32,000 nt of DNA, taken from positions 60,001 through 92,000 of the forward strand of contig DIRZ01000002.1 of NCBI GenBank assembly GCA_002421785.1. Direction: 5' to 3'. The notes under the pieces were generated by a model. That model worked only from the letters and a program-made list of their open reading frames with translations. It had not been told where the DNA came from and made no database searches. This DNA is from Candidatus Saccharimonadota bacterium. GTDB lineage: Bacteria > Patescibacteriota > Saccharimonadia > Saccharimonadales > Saccharimonadaceae. The translations under genes and the position numbers were made by a program. Positions 25,956 to 32,000 of the stretch are shown here, one piece after another; the first letter of the stretch is position 1; the number at the start of each line of letters is the position of its first letter.

Positions 25956-26848
25956 GCGTCCTTTTGGTAGTATTGCATGAATATCTCTTCTAGCTCGGGC
26001 TCCTCCAGTAACGCGTCCCGCAGCTTCACTCCGGCCAGTGCCTTCATGAGCGCGTTCACATCACCCTGATACAAAAAGCTCATATCGTCGCGGCCCACTA
26101 TCAGGTTACTCACCCCTGGCAAGTCAAAAGTATGTTCGCCTACCGACTCGTCCACCCGCAGTTTGCACCGCACGTAACTATGCCGCCGCAGGTTGTCCAT
26201 GCGCTCGGTCTTTATAATCGTCCCATCTTTAATGATTGCCACGCGGTCGCAGAGTTTTTGCACTTCGCTGAGTATATGCGACGAAAACAATACGGTTGCG
26301 CCACGTTTATTTTCTTCGCGTAGCAAATCAAAAAACGTTTGTTGCATCAGCGGATCCAGCCCCCCAGTCGGCTCATCCAGAATGATCAGCTTCGGACTAT
26401 GCAGCAACCCTTGCACGATGCCGACTTTCTTCTTGTTGCCATAGCTCAGGTCATCAATCTTTTTCTGCAAATCCAAGTCCAGTAGCGCCGCCAGTTCGCG
26501 AATGCGCCGTTGCATTGCTTGCTTTGGCTTGCGGTAAAAACTTGCTGAATAATTCAGCAGGTCAACCACGCGCATATCATCGTAGTAAAACACCTCACTC
26601 GGCAAATACCCGATTTCTTCACGAATTTCAGGACCATGCGTCGTAATATCTTTCCCGAAGATTTTTGCTTTGCCACTGGTTGGCTGAATAAGCCCCAGCA
26701 GGGTCCGAATCGTCGTCGACTTTCCCGCCCCGTTTGGTCCAATAAACCCAAATATCTCGCCTTCATGGATCTCTAAATTGACATCCTTTATGCCAGGGGA
26801 ATGGCCATACATTTTCGTCAGGTGTTTAATGTCAATGATGTTCGTCAT
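25952..26848 (-). CDS. ABC transporter ATP-binding protein (ABC-2 / DrrA-BcrA-like subfamily)
   Basis: Walker A GPNGAGKST, signature LSYGNKKKV, Walker B LIILDEPTGGLD and H-loop SSHIL. I chose ATG 26848 (MTNIIDIKHL...). The longer ORF from GTG 26929 would begin inside the upstream terminator hairpin. Confidence 0.9.
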   Translation of the reverse strand: MTNIIDIKHLTKMYGHSPGIKDVNLEIHEGEIFGFIGPNGAGKSTTIRTLLGLIQPTSGKAKIFGKDITTHGPEIREEIGYLPSEVFYYDDMRVVDLLNYSASFYRKPKQAMQRRIRELAALLDLDLQKKIDDLSYGNKKKVGIVQGLLHSPKLIILDEPTGGLDPLMQQTFFDLLREENKRGATVLFSSHILSEVQKLCDRVAIIKDGTIIKTERMDNLRRHSYVRCKLRVDESVGEHTFDLPGVSNLIVGRDDMSFLYQGDVNALMKALAGVKLRDALLEEPELEEIFMQYYQKDA

Positions 26849-26854
26849 ACCCCC

Positions 26855-26860
26855 AGTATA
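26855..26860 (-). promoter_or_regulatory. -10 box for the ABC-2 operon, predicting a leaderless mRNA
   Basis: The minus strand reads TATACT (26860-26855), then GGGGGT (6 nt), then ATG 26848. Confidence 0.4.
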
Positions 26861-26918
26861 CTCTTTGTCCCACTCTGCATGAAGCCAGGCTCCATCAAAG
26901 GGGCAGGGGAGTAAGTGT

Positions 26919-26953
26919 AAAAAACACACTTCCCGGTGGGACGGGAAGTGTGT
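26919..26953 (-). terminator. Rho-independent terminator of the arsR-FMN reductase operon
   Basis: Perfect 12-bp stem ACACACTTCCCG / CGGGAAGTGTGT with a 6-nt loop. On the minus strand it is followed by TTTTT. It lies 21 nt after the stop at 26974. Confidence 0.85.
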
Positions 26954-26973
26954 CGGCTTATGCTACCGGGTCA

Positions 26974-27519
26974 TTACGCGATCTTTGCGAGCAGCTCATC
27001 GAGCGTTTCGCCCAATTTCGCTGTTACTGCCTGCTCGTCAACAGGCGTACCATCTGGCTGTAGATCCTTCATAAAGAATAGGTTCGTTGCCGTGTCGAGC
27101 ACTTCTGCTTTTAGGTTAGCCGCGAGTGATTCACGCGCAGCCGCATGCGCTTGGTGCGCGCCACTTGTCCAGCCGTAGCCGACCAGCGCCACAGGCTTGC
27201 CATCCCATTCTTTGCCAATCCAGTCGATGGCGTTTTTCTGAATCGCGCTCATGTTGTGGTTGTACTCTGGCGTTACAAATACCACGCCATCTGCGTCAGC
27301 GACCAGTTGCGTCCACTGCTTCACACTATCGTGCTCTGGCACGAAGTCTGGTGATGATGGCGGCATTGGCGCATCATAGAACGGCATGCTTATAGCCGCA
27401 AGATCTGCCACGATTGCGTCAACGCCCTTTGCTTCTAGCTGCGCTTTTGTGAGTGCTACTACCTTATGATTTGCGCTGTTCGGGCGCGCACTTCCGGTTA
27501 CTACTAATACTGCTGCCAT
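26974..27519 (-). CDS. NAD(P)H-dependent FMN reductase family oxidoreductase
   Basis: 181 aa. VLVVTGSARPNSANHKV and FVTPEYNHNMSAIQKNAIDW are typical of the FMN_red (SsuE/ChrR/YieF-like) family. The Shine-Dalgarno AGGAG lies 5 nt before the ATG. Confidence 0.85.
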   Translation of the reverse strand: MAAVLVVTGSARPNSANHKVVALTKAQLEAKGVDAIVADLAAISMPFYDAPMPPSSPDFVPEHDSVKQWTQLVADADGVVFVTPEYNHNMSAIQKNAIDWIGKEWDGKPVALVGYGWTSGAHQAHAAARESLAANLKAEVLDTATNLFFMKDLQPDGTPVDEQAVTAKLGETLDELLAKIA

Positions 27520-27551
27520 ATGGTACTCCTATGGTTAGTTTTTTAATTAAA

Positions 27552-27833
27552 TTATAATTTCGATATGTCGATACCCACGCTCGCTAGCAGCTCATGATTC
27601 AGCGCGTACTGCTTGGCAGTGCCGTGCTTTTCCTCTCGCAGTACACCAGCATCAACGAGCTTCGTAAAATGATGGCTCATCGCTGGTTGCGACAGTTTCA
27701 TGAGTGACGCGCAGGAACTCACCAAATCGCAACTTGCAATCGGCTCGGCCTGCGCCGCCAGCTTGCGCACCAAACTCAGCCGTGTTTCGTCGGCCAGAGC
27801 TTTCAGTACGTCAATCGTCTGTGTATCGTTCAT
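27552..27833 (-). CDS. ArsR/SmtB family transcriptional regulator
   Basis: 93 aa. LKALADETRLSLVRKL...CDL...LSQPAMSHHFTKLVDAGVL is the winged-HTH signature of ArsR/SmtB proteins. Confidence 0.9.
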   Translation of the reverse strand: MNDTQTIDVLKALADETRLSLVRKLAAQAEPIASCDLVSSCASLMKLSQPAMSHHFTKLVDAGVLREEKHGTAKQYALNHELLASVGIDISKL

Positions 27834-27843
27834 CGTACTTCTT

Positions 27844-27871
27844 ATTATATCGAAATATTTAAATAAATCAA
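27844..27871 (-). promoter_or_regulatory. Promoter for the arsR-FMN reductase operon
   Basis: The minus strand reads TTGATT (27871-27866), a 16-nt spacer, then TATAAT (27849-27844), then 10 nt, then ATG 27833. The AT-rich spacer contains the short palindromes ATTTAAAT and AAATATTT. Confidence 0.5.
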
Positions 27872-27880
27872 TATATATAA

Positions 27881-28387
27881 TTACATTTCGCGGCTATCGT
27901 ACGCCCAGTGCAGGAGCGCCTGTCGCTGCTTGCGCCTGCACAGTTGGTCGCCAACCGCGCAGTGCTTCTGTACCTGTGCGACGTGCCGGCGCATGGCTTT
28001 CCAGCGCTTTATCTGGCGCTCGTCATCGGGGCAGCGCCTGCCCATGTAGTACCGGCAGTACCACTGGAACCACCCGCGTGGATCTTCGTCGTATATCCAA
28101 CCTTTGCGCTCCCACTCGGCAAGTGGTTGGCTGGCGTTGATGGCAAAGAAGTTCAGTTGTTCGTCGCGCTCGCCAGTAGCAAACTTCGCATCGACAAACC
28201 AATCCGCCGGGAATTCATTGGTGCAATCACGCATATACACGCCGCCAAACACTCCAAGTTCTAGCATTTGCTTTGGCGTCAGGTCGGGCGTGAACTCAGG
28301 CGCAAAGTGCTTGCCGACTGGTTCGGTCAGTGCATAGGTATAGCCCTGCTGCATGCGATCGTTGACGATTACTGTTTTGGCGGCCAT
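27881..28387 (-). CDS. Conserved hypothetical protein (Trp/Cys/Arg-rich C-terminus), last gene of the MacB-like ABC operon
   Basis: 168 aa. The ATG lies 7 nt after the ABC ATPase stop. Motifs are GVFGGVYMRDC, PADWF and DPRGWFQWYCRYYMGRRCPDDERQIKRW. I could not place it in a family from memory. Confidence 0.7.
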   Translation of the reverse strand: MAAKTVIVNDRMQQGYTYALTEPVGKHFAPEFTPDLTPKQMLELGVFGGVYMRDCTNEFPADWFVDAKFATGERDEQLNFFAINASQPLAEWERKGWIYDEDPRGWFQWYCRYYMGRRCPDDERQIKRWKAMRRHVAQVQKHCAVGDQLCRRKQRQALLHWAYDSREM

Positions 28388-28394
28388 ACGTAGG

Positions 28395-29093
28395 CTAGAC
28401 TTTCTGTTTTTTATGCGCCTTACGCTCAGTTAGCACGCCGTCGTGCATTTCGTATACTTTGTCGCAATAACCAATCAGTCGCTCGTCGTGCGTGACCATA
28501 ATGGTCGCTTTGCCTCGTTCGCGAGTTTCACGTGCCAATAGTTCTACCACCTCGAATGCTTTGGTAGTGTCCAGGCTCGCGGTTGGTTCGTCAGCCAGTA
28601 TTAGGCTTGGCTGACTATATAGTACTTTGGCAATGGCCACACGCTGGCGCTCACCACCCGACAAATCGCTCGGGTATTTTTTGCGGAGCTTCTGGATGCC
28701 GAGTTCGTCAAACAGTGTATTGAGCGCCTTTTTGTTGGGCTTCGCACCAGTTACTTTGTCAAATAGCTGCAGCTGCTTTTCTAGTGTTAAAAACGGCACC
28801 AGGTTTGACGCCCGCAATATAAATCCGACGTGCTTCAGACGAATGGCAGACAGTTGCTTTTTGCTCAAGTCGGTAATGTCCACACCATTAACAGTAACGG
28901 TTCCGCGCGTTGGGTTGCGTAGTCCACCAGCAATGGTCAGGAAGGTGCTTTTGCCCGATCCTGATGGGCCGATCACCGCCACAAACTCGCCCGCCTTCAC
29001 CGAAAAGTTTGTTTCGCGCAGGGCATAGATTGTTTCGCTACCCTGGGTAAATTCCCGGGTCACACCGCGTAGTTCCAGCATCGTCTTTGCCAT
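28395..29093 (-). CDS. ABC transporter ATP-binding protein (MacB/LolD/FtsE-like)
   Basis: Walker A GPSGSGKST, signature LSGGERQRVAIAKVL, Walker B LILADEPTASLD and H-loop VTHD. Confidence 0.9.
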   Translation of the reverse strand: MAKTMLELRGVTREFTQGSETIYALRETNFSVKAGEFVAVIGPSGSGKSTFLTIAGGLRNPTRGTVTVNGVDITDLSKKQLSAIRLKHVGFILRASNLVPFLTLEKQLQLFDKVTGAKPNKKALNTLFDELGIQKLRKKYPSDLSGGERQRVAIAKVLYSQPSLILADEPTASLDTTKAFEVVELLARETRERGKATIMVTHDERLIGYCDKVYEMHDGVLTERKAHKKQKV

Positions 29094-30160
29094 TATCCTA
29101 TCGCCTCCACTGGGTCAATTTTGGTCACGGCCCATACCGATGCTATGCCGCCAATGGCCGCACATAGCAGGAACAATGCCACGATTCCCGCAAAGAAGAG
29201 CGGTTGCACCATAAACGGCACTTTGTCCGCCAGGGCGGCGCCAGTGATGAGCGTGAAGACGAGGCCAATCGCCATGCCAATCACCGACAGTATCACGATC
29301 TGCGCTTTCACCGACTGAGCAATGTAACTATTGGGCACACCCTCGGCCTTTAGTACGCCAAACATGCTTTTTTTCTGCAACGTCAGAATGTACATAAATA
29401 TTGCCAGCACAAACGACGCAATCACAATCAAAAATCCAATCATCGTGCTAAATGTCAGCACCTGCGCATTGTAGCCCGGCAGTTTGAACGCATAGTCGCT
29501 GATACTCTGCCACTGCATCGTATCGGTCGCAAATTTATCGGTGTCAGTGCCAGTTGTCACCAGCGCGCTGACCGTTGTGTTATCGCGCATCCCCTGCATA
29601 CCCGCAATTTCGCTGGCCGTCTGGCGCCAGGCGTCCAGTTGCATGTACACAATCGATGCCGTCTGGAACGTTGCGCGGTCGGTAAAGCCCACTACTTTGT
29701 AGGTAGTATCAGCACCCTTGAACGCCAATGTTTGTCCGAGTGCGACGCCGATACTCTGTAATTCATCGCTCACCACTACTTCGCCCGCACCGCTCGCAGC
29801 ACGCCCCTCAGTAATGTTCGGTGCTAGCCGTCCACTCTGGTCTACGCCAAACAGTGCCACATCTTCTTTGGCATCAGCCTCGACAGTTGCGTTACCCACA
29901 CCCAGCAACGCCGTAGAATCATCGAGGAGCTTGCCGTAGTCTACTTCGGTCAAGATAGATCGTGCCACGTTATCGTTGGCATCTTTTTGAAGCACGACGC
30001 CTGTTGCTTCCCACTTTTCAATCCCCTGCGTATAACTGGTCGCCAGGCCATAGGCCAGCGCCGTCAAAAAGAACGTCAGGTAGCTTACGAGCGCTATCAC
30101 TGCCACGATTAATATAAATCGTGCTTTTTCTTTTACGAGCTCATTTATCGCTAAAAACAT
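29093..30160 (-). CDS. ABC transporter permease, FtsX/MacB-like (1 TM, a large extracytoplasmic domain, then 3 TM)
   Basis: 355 aa. The topology is an N-terminal TM helix, a loop of about 200 aa, and three C-terminal TM helices, ending with the typical ...KIDPVEAI tail. It overlaps the ATPase start by 1 nt. Confidence 0.85.
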   Translation of the reverse strand: MFLAINELVKEKARFILIVAVIALVSYLTFFLTALAYGLATSYTQGIEKWEATGVVLQKDANDNVARSILTEVDYGKLLDDSTALLGVGNATVEADAKEDVALFGVDQSGRLAPNITEGRAASGAGEVVVSDELQSIGVALGQTLAFKGADTTYKVVGFTDRATFQTASIVYMQLDAWRQTASEIAGMQGMRDNTTVSALVTTGTDTDKFATDTMQWQSISDYAFKLPGYNAQVLTFSTMIGFLIVIASFVLAIFMYILTLQKKSMFGVLKAEGVPNSYIAQSVKAQIVILSVIGMAIGLVFTLITGAALADKVPFMVQPLFFAGIVALFLLCAAIGGIASVWAVTKIDPVEAIG

Positions 30161-30168
30161 GTACCTTT

Positions 30169-30174
30169 ATTATA
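30169..30174 (-). promoter_or_regulatory. -10 box for the MacB-like ABC operon (leaderless or near-leaderless)
   Basis: The minus strand reads TATAAT (30174-30169), then AAAGGTAC (8 nt), then ATG 30160. Confidence 0.4.
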
Positions 30175-30215
30175 GGCGACCCACTCGTCGAAAGCTATGG
30201 CCACCTATGTGCAGC

Positions 30216-30614
30216 CTACTCGGTTGTTGTACCGTCAAATTCTGGCGCGTCCTGCACTGCGTCTTCCTTCGTAGCGCGCACAATCCCGTCCTTGTGGTGC
30301 GGTGGCGTGTAGAGCGTGTACATGTTCAGTGGTTCGGTGTCTGATGTATTAATGATATTGTGCCGCGCGCCTGCGGGGACAATGATTGCCGAGCCATCGG
30401 TGACTTGGTATTGATTCCCGTCGATTTCCACGCGCCCGGTGCCGCGCTCAAAACGGAAAAATTGGTCATTCTTGCCATGTGTTTCCTCGCCGATTGCTTC
30501 GCCTGGTTTCAGGCTCATTAGCACTAACTGTGCATGAGCACCCGTATACACTACGTGGCGAAAATCGGTATTCTCCATCGTCATTTGTTCAATGTCTCCG
30601 TGAAATCCGCGCAT
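30216..30614 (-). CDS. Cupin domain protein
   Basis: 132 aa. G.ETH...DQFFRFERGTGRVEIDGNQY.V.DGSAIIVPAGARHNI.N matches the two-motif cupin barrel pattern. Confidence 0.85.
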   Translation of the reverse strand: MRGFHGDIEQMTMENTDFRHVVYTGAHAQLVLMSLKPGEAIGEETHGKNDQFFRFERGTGRVEIDGNQYQVTDGSAIIVPAGARHNIINTSDTEPLNMYTLYTPPHHKDGIVRATKEDAVQDAPEFDGTTTE

Positions 30615-30649
30615 ATCCTTCCGTCCTTTCCTTTACAATTATTACCCCT

Positions 30650-30655
30650 ATTATA
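30650..30655 (-). promoter_or_regulatory. -10 box for the cupin gene (transcript has a 5' leader)
   Basis: The minus strand reads TATAAT (30655-30650), about 35 nt upstream of ATG 30614, with GGAAGGA just before the start. It is divergent from the promoter at 30679. Confidence 0.4.
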
Positions 30656-30678
30656 CGCCTCCTCACATTCCCCGTAAA

Positions 30679-30707
30679 TTGACTATGCATAGTGTTTGTG
30701 TTATAAT
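30679..30707 (+). promoter_or_regulatory. Near-consensus promoter for ORF 30714-30938, predicting a leaderless mRNA
   Basis: TTGACT (30679-30684), a 17-nt spacer, then TGT-TATAAT (hexamer 30702-30707). ATG 30714 lies 6 nt downstream. Confidence 0.65.
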
Positions 30708-30713
30708 GAATAC

Positions 30714-30938
30714 ATGACTTATAACCCCGAAAGCCGCAAGAAGGATATCATCGAGCGCGTTGGCGATTTCACCTTCGGCGTACAAGCCGTTGGTGCGGTG
30801 GCCTGCACGCTTATTGGGTTTATGCCCGGTGCCGTTGTCCTCGGCGCAGGGGCAGCTCTCGACAAAGCGGGCAACAACCTATACAAACAAGCCCGCGAAC
30901 ACACCCGCCGCAAGCTCGGCGGCATCGCTACCAAGTAG
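30714..30938 (+). CDS. Small membrane protein (hypothetical, 74 aa)
   Basis: MTYNPESRKK... with one hydrophobic segment (VGAVACTLIGFMPGAVVLGAGAAL). The upstream TTG 30696 would place the start inside the promoter. Confidence 0.55.
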   Translation: MTYNPESRKKDIIERVGDFTFGVQAVGAVACTLIGFMPGAVVLGAGAALDKAGNNLYKQAREHTRRKLGGIATK

Positions 30939-30946
30939 CTACTCGC

Positions 30947-31165
30947 TTACAATCCGAACGATTTCAGCGCTTCATATACCAGAAAAGCTGGCCACACCAG
31001 GGCTTTCAAGAACCCAAGCACGCCCATCCAAAAGTCCGGCGCAATCGAAATGTAGTACACTGCTGCACCGATGACGCCCAGCCCGTACACTGCTCCGCTG
31101 CCGCCAGCACTATAGTTGTTGTTACTGTGGTTGCACTGTGCTTCTTTGTCGCCATTTGTCTTCAT
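30947..31165 (-). CDS. Small membrane protein (hypothetical, 72 aa)
   Basis: Two hydrophobic helices (AVYGLGVIGAAVYYI and VLGFLKALVWPAFLVY). It has its own leaderless-type promoter. Confidence 0.6.
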   Translation of the reverse strand: MKTNGDKEAQCNHSNNNYSAGGSGAVYGLGVIGAAVYYISIAPDFWMGVLGFLKALVWPAFLVYEALKSFGL

Positions 31166-31172
31166 AGTTCAG

Positions 31173-31201
31173 ACTATATGCCTATGTACACAGAAATACA
31201 A
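31173..31201 (-). promoter_or_regulatory. Promoter for ORF 31165-30947, predicting a leaderless mRNA
   Basis: The minus strand reads TTGTAT (31201-31196), a 17-nt spacer, then TATAGT (31178-31173), then 7 nt, then ATG 31165. Confidence 0.45.
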
Positions 31202-31217
31202 TCATAGCCAAGCGCTG

Positions 31218-32000
31218 CTACGTGTTCAGCTCGTCAAACTTGGCAGCCATGGTCGGGTTGCCACGCGTTAGGCGCTTGATGGTTAGGTCTTCGGCCTTGT
31301 TGTTTGCTAGGCGCAGGTTGTTTTCTGACGACAGCAGTGCGTCCTTTGTCTTTTGCAAGTGATCGATCGTTTTGTCGATTTCGTCGATGGCAGTTTTGAA
31401 CTTGCGGCTGGCCAGGTCGTAGTTACGCGCGAAGCCTTCTTTGAAGCTATTAATGTTATCTTCGAAGTTTGTGATGTCCACATTTTGCGCCTTTACCAGC
31501 GCCAGCTCGCTCTTATACTTCAGCGAATTAAGTGCGGCATTGCGCAATAGCGTGATCATGGGTATAAAGAACTGCGGGCGTATCACATACATTTTTGGGT
31601 GCTTGTGCGATACATCCACGATGCCGGTGTTATACAGCTCACTGTCGGCTTCCAGCAGCGACACCAGCACGGCATATTCACACTTCTTTTCCATGCGGTC
31701 TTTGTCGAGCTCACGCAAAAAGTCTTCGTTGCGCTTTTTGGTAGCCGTTTCGTCGCCTTCGTTTTTCATTTCAAACATGATGGAGATAATCTCATTGCCA
31801 GCGTCGTCGGTTTCGCGGTAAATGTAGTCACCCTTACTCCCGCTGCGCGCATCGTTGTCTTTTTCGAAGTAGGCGCGGGGGAACGCACTCGCCCGCAGCT
31901 TGTTAAACTCAGTTTCACAGTGCTGCTCCAGGGTTTCACCCACCATTTTGGTCGAAAGCTTGACCTTCATATCCTTGTAGTAGGCAATCATTTCTTCTTT
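31218..32000 (-). CDS. DUF2130-like protein (partial, N-terminus beyond the window end)
   Basis: The frame stays open to the window edge (..[12 protein letters not shown]..). KGDYIYRE...[10 protein letters not shown]...[25 protein letters not shown]...[16 protein letters not shown] resembles the restriction-endonuclease-like core that I recall for DUF2130. Confidence 0.6.
   Translation of the reverse strand, partial: KEEMIAYYKDMKVKLSTKMVGETLEQHCETEFNKLRASAFPRAYFEKDNDARSGSKGDYIYRETDDAGNEIISIMFEMKNEGDETATKKRNEDFLRELDKDRMEKKCEYAVLVSLLEADSELYNTGIVDVSHKHPKMYVIRPQFFIPMITLLRNAALNSLKYKSELALVKAQNVDITNFEDNINSFKEGFARNYDLASRKFKTAIDEIDKTIDHLQKTKDALLSSENNLRLANNKAEDLTIKRLTRGNPTMAAKFDELNT

Noticed and set aside
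26849-26929. N-terminal 27-aa extension of the ABC ATPase (the ORF track start at 26929).
   Set aside because: The GTG at 26929 lies inside the 12-bp terminator stem of the upstream operon. A TATACT-N6-ATG promoter arrangement points to ATG 26848, which gives the normal MTNIIDIK... ABC N-terminus.
27841-27880. AT-rich palindromes (ATTTAAAT, AAATATTT, ATAT-CGAA-ATAT) as the ArsR operator.
   Set aside because: Short palindromes are expected by chance in a stretch this AT-rich, and I could not find the longer imperfect 12-2-12 type repeat. They are mentioned only as part of the promoter feature.
30934-30943. Perfect 10-nt palindrome AGTAGCTACT spanning the stop codon between the two convergent small ORFs, considered as a possible bidirectional terminator.
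   Set aside because: It is too short to form a stable hairpin, since it would have no loop, and no U-tracts flank it.
24069-31200. tRNA-Gln as the attachment site of a genomic island carrying the ABC, ArsR and cupin genes.
   Set aside because: I found no integrase, recombinase or transposase, and I noticed no direct repeat of the tRNA 3' end downstream. By eye there is no obvious compositional break.

Overview
The window looks like a chromosomal segment from a small-genome bacterium using the standard genetic code (TGA, TAA and TAG all end well-supported ORFs). The gene content is consistent with a Patescibacteria/CPR organism, possibly Saccharibacteria-like, but that is a guess I cannot verify here.

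**Layout**
- 1-2670: 3' end of the F1Fo ATP synthase operon (atpA tail, atpG, atpD, and a truncated atpC).
- 2671-20546: a cell-surface island of about 17 kb. It holds a divergently transcribed membrane-anchored repeat protein, three paralogous secreted beta-rich proteins, a DUF916/DUF3324-like (WxL-interacting-protein-like) anchored protein, and a PKD-domain membrane protein. It also holds a roughly 1050-aa fibre-like protein with two CBM-like modules, a 2070-aa membrane-anchored giant (glycine-rich domain plus about 18 Kelch-like blades), and three small N-terminally anchored proteins.
- 20689-24144: prs, a small membrane protein, a CHASE-domain histidine kinase with no partner regulator, an 82-aa ORF and tRNA-Gln(UUG).
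- 24355-32000: an ABC-2 exporter operon, ArsR plus FMN reductase, a MacB/FtsX-like ABC operon with a trailing conserved 168-aa protein, a cupin, two small membrane proteins and a partial DUF2130-like gene.

I saw no rRNA, CRISPR array, transposase or integrase.

**Most interesting observations**
1. A leaderless 17-codon ORF carries three consecutive CAA (Gln) codons. It is followed by mutually exclusive antiterminator and terminator helices directly upstream of tRNA-Gln(UUG). This has the geometry of a classical leader-peptide attenuator, but it controls a tRNA gene that decodes the regulatory codons.
2. A divergent Csc/WxL-type surface-complex locus, with Tyr in place of Trp in both motifs, sits next to giant candidate adhesins.
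3. Across the window, a -10 hexamer sits 6-8 nt upstream of the ATG of first genes, which implies mostly leaderless mRNAs.
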